From: Methanobacteriota archaeon
Lineage (GTDB): Archaea > Thermoplasmatota > Poseidoniia > Poseidoniales > Poseidoniaceae
Reading direction: 5' to 3'
DNA length: 64,000 bases
Assembly: GCA_011524855.1 (NCBI GenBank)
Contig: WTJK01000043.1
Span: 38,483-102,482 of the forward strand
A program made the translations under genes and the position numbers. Positions 7,359-16,024 of the stretch are shown in pieces (position 1 is the first letter of the stretch; every line of letters begins with the position of its first letter). The notes beneath the pieces were generated by a model. That model saw nothing but the letters and a program-made list of their open reading frames with translations. It had not been told where the DNA came from and made no database searches.

Positions 7359-9782
7359 ATGCATGATGACGAGGTTGACCCGTTGCCCTGCGTTCACAAC
7401 CGTGCATCGAACGAAGGCGTGAAGGTCTGCGAGTTGTGCCGTTCCATGTTGGATTACCGGCCTCGTGAGGGCTGGCATGTACCGTTGAGCGATGAAGAGC
7501 ACGAGGAGGCCATTGCGTTGTTCGGCGGTTCAACACTGCCCAGCTCCCGACGCTGGAAGCACCTCGCTCAACGCATGGCGAATTCCTTTCACCTCAACTG
7601 GGCCCGTCTAGCGGATGGTGGCGATCCCGTGGTCGCTTTGCCGTGTTCAGAGGAAGCGTTCGCTGCCTTGGTGAGCGACGCATTGGCGGGCCGGGCGTTG
7701 AGCCCGGAGCAACAGCATTGGTTGAACGCTGGTGTCGAACTTCGCCACGGTGTGTGGATGCGTCGCATGAACGGCGTGTGGTACCTGAACGACGTTCCTT
7801 TGGGCGAAGGCGTGACCGACCCGATGGTGCTGGAGGTGCTGGGAGACCCCACCGTACGCCAGGGTTGGGACTTGACCCAATTGTACACGGGGTTGGGGGC
7901 GTTGCACATCGCACCCGGGGAACCAGAGCACCCTGATGTTCCTCATTTTTTCTTCCGCGGGCGATTCCACCGTTTGATTCACCCGCATCACCGACCCATT
8001 GGGACGATGTTGTCGTGGCTCTCGTTGAAGATACGCGTCAGTCGGACGCAAGAGGGCGCACCGAAGGTAGCGATGAGTGCGCTGGCTTGGGCGTACGACT
8101 TCAAGACGTGCACCACCGATACGGTCCGAAACGTCCCTCATCAGCGCATGGTGGACGAAGCGTTCGCTCACCGGCCATCGGGGTTGTTTGACTGTCACGA
8201 GGAGCCTTGGATGGAGCTTTACCGCAACCACGTGTCCACGCTGGCGGACATTGACAACCTCGATTACCCTCTGCACATGGGTGGGTCCCGCATCAAATTC
8301 CGAGTACGCTCCCCCACCAACCGAACCCGGTTGGTGCAAGTTCCGAACCGCCCCGACCTGTGGGCCTTGTTGCTTTCTTTGGCCATGAGCCCGCTGGATT
8401 CGCGGCCGGGCAGGTTGCTCCTCGGCTTGCAACACAACTGGTCGCGCCCGTACTTCAAACGCAACGCGGATGCACCTGAGTTGGTGCGATCGTTGCAATT
8501 TTGTCACGACATTCTGAACGGAATCCTGGGGGCGCGTGTGGCCGTTCAACACGACCGGGTGCTCATCATTGGCCAACTTGGTCATGTGTACGAGGTGAGC
8601 GTGGGAGAGGGGCAACACGGCGCGCCGTACTGCATCCAACACCGTACGTCGTTCGAACCTCATGCAGGAAGAGATCTGTGCATTCACAGCGGAAAGCGTA
8701 CGAACACGGTGCCCATCGGTGACACCCTTGGTTCCGTGTTCCTCTCGCTGTACAACGACGCCACGGCGGCCATCAAGATTGACAGCCTGGCCTCGATGAT
8801 GATGAACGCCACCCCACTCGGTTTCCCCGACGAACTTGACGATCGATGGCGCGGTTTGCTCAATGACGCGGCTGTTGCCAGCTTGGAGCGTTTGGGTGAG
8901 CGCGGCTCGTTGCGGCCGTTGATGGGCAGGCGGCGACCGTGGTACGGCGGCCGTGCCCTCCCTGACGACCAACATCATCGTTTCTTCGAATTGGAAATGC
9001 AGGAGTACATCGAAGCGGAACACCATCGCCGTGCGCGTCGCCGAGGGACCTCACGTCACGGTCGGTGGCGGGAACGGTTCAGCGCGGCCATGGAATGCGG
9101 AGCAGGTCTTCCTTACGACGATGTCGTCAACGCTTGGCGTGCCACGGTTCACCCTTACCAGGAGCGGCAACATCGACGTCCACGGCACGGTCTGAGGGAC
9201 CGCCATCGCTTGTTTCGATTGGAACACCGGCGATTCCACGGCTTGCCGTATCGACAACGCGACGACGTGCACGAAGTAGGTGATGTTCGGGACGGTGAGC
9301 GCCGCTGGTGCGAGACGTTTGCCCGGGTTTGGCACGTTCTTCTGCGCCAGCCCCTCGGTGCTTGGGTGGCGTTGCCAGCGAACAACGGCCAACCGTTGAC
9401 ATTGGAACGAACCGAACTGCGGGTGACCGTTCGGAATCAGCGAGAACGGAACTTCTTGCGTCGAATGGTGCGCTGGGCCGGTTACGTGCAGGACACCGAA
9501 CACGAACGAAACGTTCGCTTTGTTCGGCGAGATCATCCGGTTCCGAACGCACGAATGAAACTCAGCGGACTGCTCGGCAGAATTCAACAGGATCAGGGTG
9601 TGCGTGGCGCGCCCCCGCGCTGGTGGAATTATGTTGAACCGTTCGCCGTGCCCGACGAGATGGCTGAACTTCGGTGGCCGTACCACGAGGATTTGACCGA
9701 TGCACCTGCAGCACGTCGCCAGCAGCGAATTGACGATGCCATCCCGTTCAATCTTGTTGAAGATGGGGTGGACGACGCGTGA
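7359..9782 (+). CDS. Large hypothetical protein (~807 aa), His/Arg-rich, no family recognised
   Basis: Uninterrupted ORF whose codon usage resembles its neighbours (TTG-Leu, G/C-ending codons). N-terminal Cys pair 'CVHNRASNEGVKVCELC'. A possible degenerate SWIM-like element 'HVYEVSVGEGQHGAPYCIQH...DLCIHSG'. C-terminal third is extremely R/H-rich. The track start at 7320 (or ATG 7323) is also possible. Confidence 0.6.
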   Translation: MHDDEVDPLPCVHNRASNEGVKVCELCRSMLDYRPREGWHVPLSDEEHEEAIALFGGSTLPSSRRWKHLAQRMANSFHLNWARLADGGDPVVALPCSEEAFAALVSDALAGRALSPEQQHWLNAGVELRHGVWMRRMNGVWYLNDVPLGEGVTDPMVLEVLGDPTVRQGWDLTQLYTGLGALHIAPGEPEHPDVPHFFFRGRFHRLIHPHHRPIGTMLSWLSLKIRVSRTQEGAPKVAMSALAWAYDFKTCTTDTVRNVPHQRMVDEAFAHRPSGLFDCHEEPWMELYRNHVSTLADIDNLDYPLHMGGSRIKFRVRSPTNRTRLVQVPNRPDLWALLLSLAMSPLDSRPGRLLLGLQHNWSRPYFKRNADAPELVRSLQFCHDILNGILGARVAVQHDRVLIIGQLGHVYEVSVGEGQHGAPYCIQHRTSFEPHAGRDLCIHSGKRTNTVPIGDTLGSVFLSLYNDATAAIKIDSLASMMMNATPLGFPDELDDRWRGLLNDAAVASLERLGERGSLRPLMGRRRPWYGGRALPDDQHHRFFELEMQEYIEAEHHRRARRRGTSRHGRWRERFSAAMECGAGLPYDDVVNAWRATVHPYQERQHRRPRHGLRDRHRLFRLEHRRFHGLPYRQRDDVHEVGDVRDGERRWCETFARVWHVLLRQPLGAWVALPANNGQPLTLERTELRVTVRNQRERNFLRRMVRWAGYVQDTEHERNVRFVRRDHPVPNARMKLSGLLGRIQQDQGVRGAPPRWWNYVEPFAVPDEMAELRWPYHEDLTDAPAARRQQRIDDAIPFNLVEDGVDDA

Positions 9783-10647
9783 AGGCGACCGCCACCGCTA
9801 CAGCCATGCTCGACCAGGCGCTCACCCACGGCATCGCTTCATCGTCATCGACGAGCGGCGGGGCGGGATTGACCATCATTTCAAGCGGCGACAACTCGTA
9901 GATGAGGTGCACCTCCATGTCGCTCCCGTCGTGGGCTTCTGGGACGGTCAACGAGGCGGTGCCGTTCAGCGCATCGCCAAGATCAACGATGGCGTGGACG
10001 ATGTGAGGGTAGGTGCCCAAACCGTTGGTGCCTTCCTCAAAGTCAGCATGGGCTTCCACCCACCACACCGTGACATGGAGGTCGTGGCCTTCCAGCACCT
10101 GCTCGCCGATGTCGAGGTTCCAAGCCACGGTGCCGCTTTGAGCACCGGTTGGTGTCCACGAGAACGAGGTTGTACCGTTGCCGAGGTCGAGGTCGGTGTT
10201 GGCGAGGTTGGTGAACTCGTTTTCGAGGGTACCGTCGTCAGCCACGCTGCCGATTTTCTTCATCGAGCCGTTGAGCACCACGGTGGGGGGTGAGTCATGC
10301 CCGTACTTGTCTTTCCAACGCTGGTCAAGCTCATCGGTGCCGAACGGGTCTTGGGTTTCCCCGATCGAGCGGTGGACGTGGTACTGTTGCAGCAGCCCTG
10401 CCGCCTGGACGTCCTCCAGGGCGTGCTCGACGTCAACGCAGTTGGTGCACCACGTGGCGGTGAACACCTCAACCACGGTTTTGAGGTCGCCAAGCTCGGT
10501 GACCTGAGCCGACGTGTTGTTGGCTGGCGCCCATTGCCCACCGAACACCATGCCGGCTTCGGTCGGCTCGGCGGGGAGGGCTGAGGCGGGATGGAAAAGG
10601 GAGGCCATCATGACAGCTGAAAGGAGGACGGTGAAGGCACGCTTCAT
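9748..10647 (-). CDS. Secreted thioredoxin-fold protein (CxxC) with C-terminal membrane anchor
   Basis: Signal peptide 'MKRAFTVLLSAVMMASLFHPASA', redox motif 'FTATWCTNCV', and a hydrophobic C-terminus 'MPWVSAWSSMAVAVAVAF'. Its 3' end overlaps the convergent 7359..9782 gene by 35 nt. Confidence 0.65.
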   Translation of the reverse strand: MKRAFTVLLSAVMMASLFHPASALPAEPTEAGMVFGGQWAPANNTSAQVTELGDLKTVVEVFTATWCTNCVDVEHALEDVQAAGLLQQYHVHRSIGETQDPFGTDELDQRWKDKYGHDSPPTVVLNGSMKKIGSVADDGTLENEFTNLANTDLDLGNGTTSFSWTPTGAQSGTVAWNLDIGEQVLEGHDLHVTVWWVEAHADFEEGTNGLGTYPHIVHAIVDLGDALNGTASLTVPEAHDGSDMEVHLIYELSPLEMMVNPAPPLVDDDEAMPWVSAWSSMAVAVAVAFTRRPPHLQQD

Positions 10648-10670
10648 GTTCCGCCCATGGGACGGGCGCC

Positions 10671-10676
10671 TTTCAA
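10671..10676 (-). promoter_or_regulatory. putative TATA-like box TTGAAA, 29 nt upstream of ATG 10647
   Basis: Plus strand reads tttcaa. On the minus strand TTGAAA starts at 10676, which is -29. Confidence 0.4.
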
Positions 10677-10686
10677 CCTCGCGGCT

Positions 10687-11928
10687 TCATTGCCCGGTGC
10701 CGTCGGCCTCGTCGGTACCGTCGTAGTGGTCGCCCGAACGGTCCGTTCGCTCGGCTTCATCCACACCGTCCGAGGTGCCGCTCGTGCCTTGACCCTCCCG
10801 CCCCCGCGGGGAGCGGTGCTTCTCGAACAGGGCTGCACCTTGCGGGAAGATGCCGCACTCGACCTCGTAGCGAAGCTGCGCCAACCGGCTCTTGATGCCA
10901 GCGCCCGAGCGGTCGCCCACGGCTCGGCCCAGAGCCGCCAAGTTTTGGTGTTCGAGGTTGAGGGCCGTCAACGCCGCCAACATCACCACCGAACAGAGCA
11001 TGGACTCGTCCATGTTGGCGGTGTATGCATCGATGGAAGGTTCACCAATGGCGGTCAGCATGCCACCGTAGACGTTGTTCAATGCGTTGAATTGGGATTC
11101 CGTCAGGCGGTTGTCCAACTCGTTGAACAACCGTTCGCTGTGAACTTCGACCTTGTCGTGGCGGATACCGTCTTTGATGTACGCCTTCATGACGGCGTCC
11201 ATGTTGAGTTGAGGAACGGGTGCGAACCCTTGACGACAGCGGGCTTTGTAGTGCTGCGCAATGGTCCGCTTGGCGTTTTTGAACTGCGTTTGCGTCAGCC
11301 CGTGTTCGGCGAGCAAGGCAGCGCGGTCGATGCGCAGGGCACCGAACCACTCGTGCGCCAATTCGGCGATGGCGATGGCCATCAGCACGAGGTTTTGACG
11401 GTCCGACTCGCCCTTGACGCCTGAGGGCTTGCGCGTGATGCTCGTTTTGGGGCAGGCCAGCAGTTTCTTTTCGCTTGGGGACAAGGTGCGGCGGATCGCC
11501 TCCTGGAGAGGCGTGAGTTTCTGGGCGGTGGCACGCGTCAGGAACTCCACCGTGAGCGTGAGGTGTTCACCGAACAGCTCGCGCAGCGTCGCAACGAGTT
11601 GGCGGTACATCGGGTCCTTCTCGCGTTGTGTGGAACGGTTGACGCGGCCCAGCCGGCGGTACTTGCGGTAGTTCTCACTGGACAATCGGTTTCCCTGAGC
11701 GTCAAATCGGTCGCCCATGGGGTTCATCACCGTGCCCGGGCCTCGGTTTTCGAGGGCGTTCACACGTTCGTTTTGGCGCTCTTCACCGGCCGAGTACGAA
11801 CTGTTCGTGTCCGCATCGTTCGGGATGTAGTCGAGCGTCAGCCCGCACCCTTCACAACACATCTCACCACGCAAGCTGTCCAATTCCCACTGTTGTTCTG
11901 CACCGCATTCTTCACAAAATCGCTTCAT
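10687..11928 (-). CDS. Transcription factor B (TFIIB)-like protein, divergent and extended (413 aa)
   Basis: N-terminal zinc ribbon 'CEECGAEQQWELDSLRGEMCCEGCG'. B-reader/linker-like 'GPGTVMNPMGDRFDAQGNRLSSENYRKYRRLGRVNRS'. Helical cyclin-like region and an acidic C-terminal tail 'DGVDEAERTDRSGDHYDGTDEADGTGQ'. SD-like GAGGTGA (11935-11941, minus strand) lies 7 nt before the ATG. Confidence 0.65.
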   Translation of the reverse strand: MKRFCEECGAEQQWELDSLRGEMCCEGCGLTLDYIPNDADTNSSYSAGEERQNERVNALENRGPGTVMNPMGDRFDAQGNRLSSENYRKYRRLGRVNRSTQREKDPMYRQLVATLRELFGEHLTLTVEFLTRATAQKLTPLQEAIRRTLSPSEKKLLACPKTSITRKPSGVKGESDRQNLVLMAIAIAELAHEWFGALRIDRAALLAEHGLTQTQFKNAKRTIAQHYKARCRQGFAPVPQLNMDAVMKAYIKDGIRHDKVEVHSERLFNELDNRLTESQFNALNNVYGGMLTAIGEPSIDAYTANMDESMLCSVVMLAALTALNLEHQNLAALGRAVGDRSGAGIKSRLAQLRYEVECGIFPQGAALFEKHRSPRGREGQGTSGTSDGVDEAERTDRSGDHYDGTDEADGTGQ

Positions 11929-11961
11929 TTTCGTTCACCTCAATAACATGCTCCTCGAGTG

Positions 11962-11969
11962 TATTTAAA
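11962..11969 (-). promoter_or_regulatory. canonical archaeal TATA box TTTAAATA upstream of the TFB-like gene
   Basis: Minus-strand TTTAAATA starts 41 nt upstream of ATG 11928. This fits a short leader carrying the GAGGTGA Shine-Dalgarno, so this gene is leadered rather than leaderless. Confidence 0.55.
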
Positions 11970-12260
11970 GGATTCAAATCCATCCATGCCGGACTGGACT
12001 TCCCCCTCGCCTTCACCACGCGGTCGTTGGCCGCTCGGTTGTTGCTCGCAATCTCAAACATGACCGTTTCATGTTTAGATTGCACCCTATATGAAACCTT
12101 TGGCGAAAGCCCCACCTTTTGCTGGCCGCCCCACCGATAACGCGTTTTTCAGGACGAGAAAGGGGTCCGCCATTTCCGGTCACCAACATGCCGCACTCCC
12201 CAAGCAACCAACGAACAAGAAACAACTACATGAAATGTTTCACGCCCTGCTTCGCGTATC

Positions 12261-12266
12261 TTCAAG
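12261..12266 (+). promoter_or_regulatory. putative TATA-like box TTCAAG, 29 nt upstream of ATG 12290
   Basis: Lies in the lower-GC 360-nt intergenic region. Supports 12290 as the true start of the AddB-like gene instead of the track start 12119. Confidence 0.45.
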
Positions 12267-12289
12267 AACGCTCGCCGGTCATCTCAGAA

Positions 12290-15200
12290 ATGAACGGCAT
12301 GGTCAAGCCACAAATCACGTCAGAACACATCCCTGCAGGCCAGGGCATGCCGTCGTGGTTGTTTGAAGCCTTCAGGGGCGAAGACCCGGGCCTGCTGGTG
12401 GTGCATCCCAACGAGCACCACCGTCAACAAACACTGGTCCATCTTCACGAGCAAGGTTTCACCCACGCTCCGCAGGCCCACACCACTTTGAACCAGCTGT
12501 GGCGCCTGCTTCACGTCGATTTCCGCCTTCCTGTCATGATCAACGACGACGTTACGTCGTTCATGGCCCTTCACCGCCGATGCTCAGCGGCTGCTGAGGA
12601 ACACGGATTCCCCTTGTTGCACACACCGGGAGCAGGTACCTGGACGGTTCAGAAAACCAAGCGGCTCCTGAGCCTCCATGCTGCGGTGAGCGGTTTGCGT
12701 TCACCGTTTGCTTGGTCTTCCAATCCGGGGGTTGACGTGCTCCATGACCTGATGTTGTCGTACGAACAGGAGGTGGGCGGAACGCTGCCGATGCTGCTTC
12801 AACATCATGTGCTCAATGCAATGAAACAAGCGGAGCACACCCCGTTCCACTTCGCCGGCCTCAACGGCATTGTGTTGCTCGATGCGGCGCCCGATTTCAC
12901 CGAGGTTGAACAAGACCTGCTCATCCACCTTTCCGCTCACTGCCCGGTTCACCAACTGGTTCATCCCGGCTCGTTCCGGTTGGGTCACCACGGTGCCTAC
13001 GTGCTCGATGAACCGCCGTGCACGGAGGCCAATTTGCCGACATGGTTGCCTCCTCATGAAGTGTGGACTTCCGATGGCACCGCATGGTCAACCCCCGTTG
13101 GCAAAGGCCGTGGGACGGTGCGGACCCGCATCGCCTTGGACGCCGCTGAGGATGTCCTCCCGGCAACGGCCAGCCTCTTGGGCGACTTCTTGACCCACGA
13201 ACGTGGCCGTGCTTTGGTGGTGGACGGGCAAGCTCACCAACGTCGTGCGTCGTGGCATCGATGGCTGAAACAATGGGGGGTTGTTGTGCCGTCGCGCACG
13301 CGATTGATGCACGAACAACCCGTTCATGCAGCCATCGTTCACGCCGCCTCCATCGGTCAAGGCATGAATGCGTGGTCACTTGAGGGGCTTCGCACCTTGG
13401 TTACCTCCACGGCCTTGCCTTGGTCGAACGACATGTACCCCAACTTGGAGCATCCCAGTCATCCGACATGGCGGCCTACACCCCATCTTGACGTGTTGGA
13501 GGACATCGGTCAACACTTCCACGTGTTGGGTGGGCCCGGAGCCATGGCTCGCTGGATGGGTGCGTTGCGGCAAGCGCGTCCCTCGTTGTTGGAGCGTCAT
13601 CCCGAGGAACGCCGGCAGCGATTGGAGGAAACACAATGGTGGCTGGCGTGTTTGCTGACGGGGTGGGCCCCGCTGTTGATGCCGGAAGACCGTCATCACC
13701 TCGGGCGTCACCATGTAGGATGCAGTTCGGGCCATGTCCTGCCCACACCAAAGGCGCCTGCCAACGGCCTCGAATGGCTGGGTCAAACCGTTGACCGGCT
13801 TGACATCGCTCGCATGGATCGCATCGACGGCCGTTACAACCGTGGTTGGGGCGACCTGCAGGACTTGCTTGATGCAATGGAGCGTGTGGTGCAACAGGAA
13901 GGTGCCGACATGCTCCAGGGTCAGGGGATGATCGATGTGCTCAACATGGTCGGTGAGTCCCTCCGTATCCCTTCGACGGAACCTCAGTCGCCTCATGTTC
14001 AGGTGCTGACGCCCGAGGAAGCGCATGGCTGTGAAGCCGATTTGGTCGTGCTGGCGGGGCTCGACGTGCAATCGTGGCCCATGAAGCGACCCACGCTCCC
14101 TTGGCTGGACGCCACCGCTCAATTGGAGCTTGGGATGTTCCACAACGATGTGTTGGTGCGGCAGGGCCGTCATCACCTGCGTCATTTGTTGAACGCAGGC
14201 CGGTACGTGGTGGTGATGGACACCTCTCCCGTGGAAGACAACGGGCCGAGCGCACCGTTGGCAGAGTGGCTCACCGACGTTCGCCGATCGCGTGCGTGGG
14301 ACGCCATGCGGCAGCCCCCTCCGTACCTCCTCCCTTCCCGATACCAAGGCGACGGGGTTGAACGCCGTTGGACCTGGACGGTTCGGGAGCAGGGTCATGG
14401 CGCTTGGTTGTGTCCTCTGTCGGAACGTGCCGCTGACCTGGCTCAGCACGCTGCCGGTTTCGATCTTGGGTTGCTTCCACGTGAAGGCCGCCAGCGTGCA
14501 GGTCACCGGGTGTTGTCAGGGCTTGGCGAAGACGAACATGCTCTGCTCCATCCGATGGGTGTGGTGCGCGCCCAGGTCCCTGCCGTGCAGGAAGACCGCT
14601 ACCGCCGTCAACCGATGGCCAAACGGTTGGAGGAAGGCGAATGGTTGCCTTGGGAGGCGCGTGCTCACCTTCTTTCTGCAGACGCACTTCGGTTCGGCAT
14701 CGGTGAACTCAATCACCTCAAAACACCAAGCGCTGGCGCCCCTTCATGGCCGCACTTGGGGCATCGCCCGGGCCGGACGCACAGCATTTCCGTTGACCCG
14801 CGCCCCCTCCCTCCTTACGCTGGCGCCCCGGCCAGCCTGATCGACCGATTTGGGCATCTTTCCACCCCGCTCGTTCGCACGCGTTGGTCACCAAGCCGAA
14901 TTGAGGCCGTCTTGCGGTGTCCACAGAGGGCGTGGTCGGAGGTTTGGTTGGATGTGAGCGGGGACGGTGAACCCCCGTCCGAAGACATCGACAACCGCAC
15001 GCGCGGACAACTCATGCACGACGTTTCGGTGGCTTTGCTCGAGGCGCACGGTCTGAAGGTCAGCAAGGTCGGTGCTGAAACAGCCCAGCCGTTGCACCTC
15101 GGCGTGCTCGAAACCGTCACCAACGCTTGGGGCACGGTGCTGAATTATCTCGCCGAACACGCCACCTGGCTGGGGCGGTCCAACGCCGTCTCCGTTCATC

Positions 15201-16024
15201 GGACACGCGCCTTGCTGGATGCTTCACCCGATGCATGGGCTGGTCACGTGGAGGGGGACGCCCCCTTGCCCTTGGGTGGCCAAGTCGGTTCAATGCTTGA
15301 GGCCACGTGGGCGCTGCGCCACGCTGCACCTTTGGTGGCCGAATGGCCGGCATCAAACACCGACGGTTCTCCCGTTCGTATCGACGCGCCATCGGACGAT
15401 GACGCGCCATCAGGGTTCCTGATGTCCGGGTTTGCTGACCGAATCGATGAGGTGCACCTCACCGAGGGGCAACGGGCGCGTTTGATCGATGCAGGTGTGT
15501 TGGGTGATGCTTCCCACGACGCCCCCTTCCCACTCAACGGCGTACAGCGCCCTGTTCAGCGGTTGGTCATCGTTCGCGATTTGAAAACCGTCAACGGCCC
15601 CAAAGCAGATCGCATGGGCCTGCGGCACGCCCGTTGCATGTTTGAGGACCTTCAACTGGCCCTGTACGCTCGTGCTTGGGAACAAACCCACCCCAACGAT
15701 CGGGTGATTGGTGTGGGAGCCTCTGAAATCGGTGAGCGAACCGTGCATTACGTCGAACTCGATGAGGCCCTGGACGAGATCGCTGATGAACTCCACGTTG
15801 GCCAGCTTACGCAGCATCTTCGCCATCATTTTCCGACGTCCAACCCGGATGAACCCGGCCAAACCTCGTTCCGGCGATGGATGGAGGAGCGGCTACGCAC
15901 GGCCCAACGGGCCATCACCGCTTTCGGTGCCGGCCACATCAACCCCACGCCTGGTCGGCATTGCAATCACTGTGCGGTGCGGGATGGATGTGATGTGGCG
16001 ACCTTGGGAGGCGATGCACGATGA
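12290..16024 (+). CDS. addB: AddB/RexB-like helicase-nuclease subunit (no Walker A; C-terminal PD-(D/E)XK nuclease with 4-Cys Fe-S motif)
   Basis: ~1,244 aa. The C-terminus has 'RWSPSRIEAVLRCPQRAW' (first Cys), 'LVIVRDLKT' (D-x-K) and 'GRHCNHCAVRDGCD' (C-x2-C-x5-C), the Cas4/AddB arrangement. The N-terminal region is helicase-like but has no GxGKT. An ATGA overlap with the next gene indicates translational coupling. Confidence 0.65.
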   Translation: MNGMVKPQITSEHIPAGQGMPSWLFEAFRGEDPGLLVVHPNEHHRQQTLVHLHEQGFTHAPQAHTTLNQLWRLLHVDFRLPVMINDDVTSFMALHRRCSAAAEEHGFPLLHTPGAGTWTVQKTKRLLSLHAAVSGLRSPFAWSSNPGVDVLHDLMLSYEQEVGGTLPMLLQHHVLNAMKQAEHTPFHFAGLNGIVLLDAAPDFTEVEQDLLIHLSAHCPVHQLVHPGSFRLGHHGAYVLDEPPCTEANLPTWLPPHEVWTSDGTAWSTPVGKGRGTVRTRIALDAAEDVLPATASLLGDFLTHERGRALVVDGQAHQRRASWHRWLKQWGVVVPSRTRLMHEQPVHAAIVHAASIGQGMNAWSLEGLRTLVTSTALPWSNDMYPNLEHPSHPTWRPTPHLDVLEDIGQHFHVLGGPGAMARWMGALRQARPSLLERHPEERRQRLEETQWWLACLLTGWAPLLMPEDRHHLGRHHVGCSSGHVLPTPKAPANGLEWLGQTVDRLDIARMDRIDGRYNRGWGDLQDLLDAMERVVQQEGADMLQGQGMIDVLNMVGESLRIPSTEPQSPHVQVLTPEEAHGCEADLVVLAGLDVQSWPMKRPTLPWLDATAQLELGMFHNDVLVRQGRHHLRHLLNAGRYVVVMDTSPVEDNGPSAPLAEWLTDVRRSRAWDAMRQPPPYLLPSRYQGDGVERRWTWTVREQGHGAWLCPLSERAADLAQHAAGFDLGLLPREGRQRAGHRVLSGLGEDEHALLHPMGVVRAQVPAVQEDRYRRQPMAKRLEEGEWLPWEARAHLLSADALRFGIGELNHLKTPSAGAPSWPHLGHRPGRTHSISVDPRPLPPYAGAPASLIDRFGHLSTPLVRTRWSPSRIEAVLRCPQRAWSEVWLDVSGDGEPPSEDIDNRTRGQLMHDVSVALLEAHGLKVSKVGAETAQPLHLGVLETVTNAWGTVLNYLAEHATWLGRSNAVSVHRTRALLDASPDAWAGHVEGDAPLPLGGQVGSMLEATWALRHAAPLVAEWPASNTDGSPVRIDAPSDDDAPSGFLMSGFADRIDEVHLTEGQRARLIDAGVLGDASHDAPFPLNGVQRPVQRLVIVRDLKTVNGPKADRMGLRHARCMFEDLQLALYARAWEQTHPNDRVIGVGASEIGERTVHYVELDEALDEIADELHVGQLTQHLRHHFPTSNPDEPGQTSFRRWMEERLRTAQRAITAFGAGHINPTPGRHCNHCAVRDGCDVATLGGDAR

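Noticed and set aside
7647-9026. 459-aa ORF antisense to the 807-aa orphan gene
   Set aside because: The plus-strand ORF is nearly twice as long, has neighbour-like codon usage (G/C-ending codons, TTG-Leu) and a correctly spaced TATA box. The antisense product has typical shadow-ORF composition. This is not fully excluded because the sense protein has no recognised family.
11970-11981. GGATTCAAATCC resembling a tRNA T-arm/T-loop
   Set aside because: The flanking bases do not form a 5-bp T stem, and no acceptor or anticodon arms can be drawn. I found no tRNA-like cloverleaf anywhere in the non-coding gaps.
12119-12289. Track-predicted 57-codon N-terminal extension of the AddB-like gene
   Set aside because: It lies in lower-GC, non-coding-looking sequence. 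The TTCAAG box at 12261 is spaced exactly for ATG 12290.
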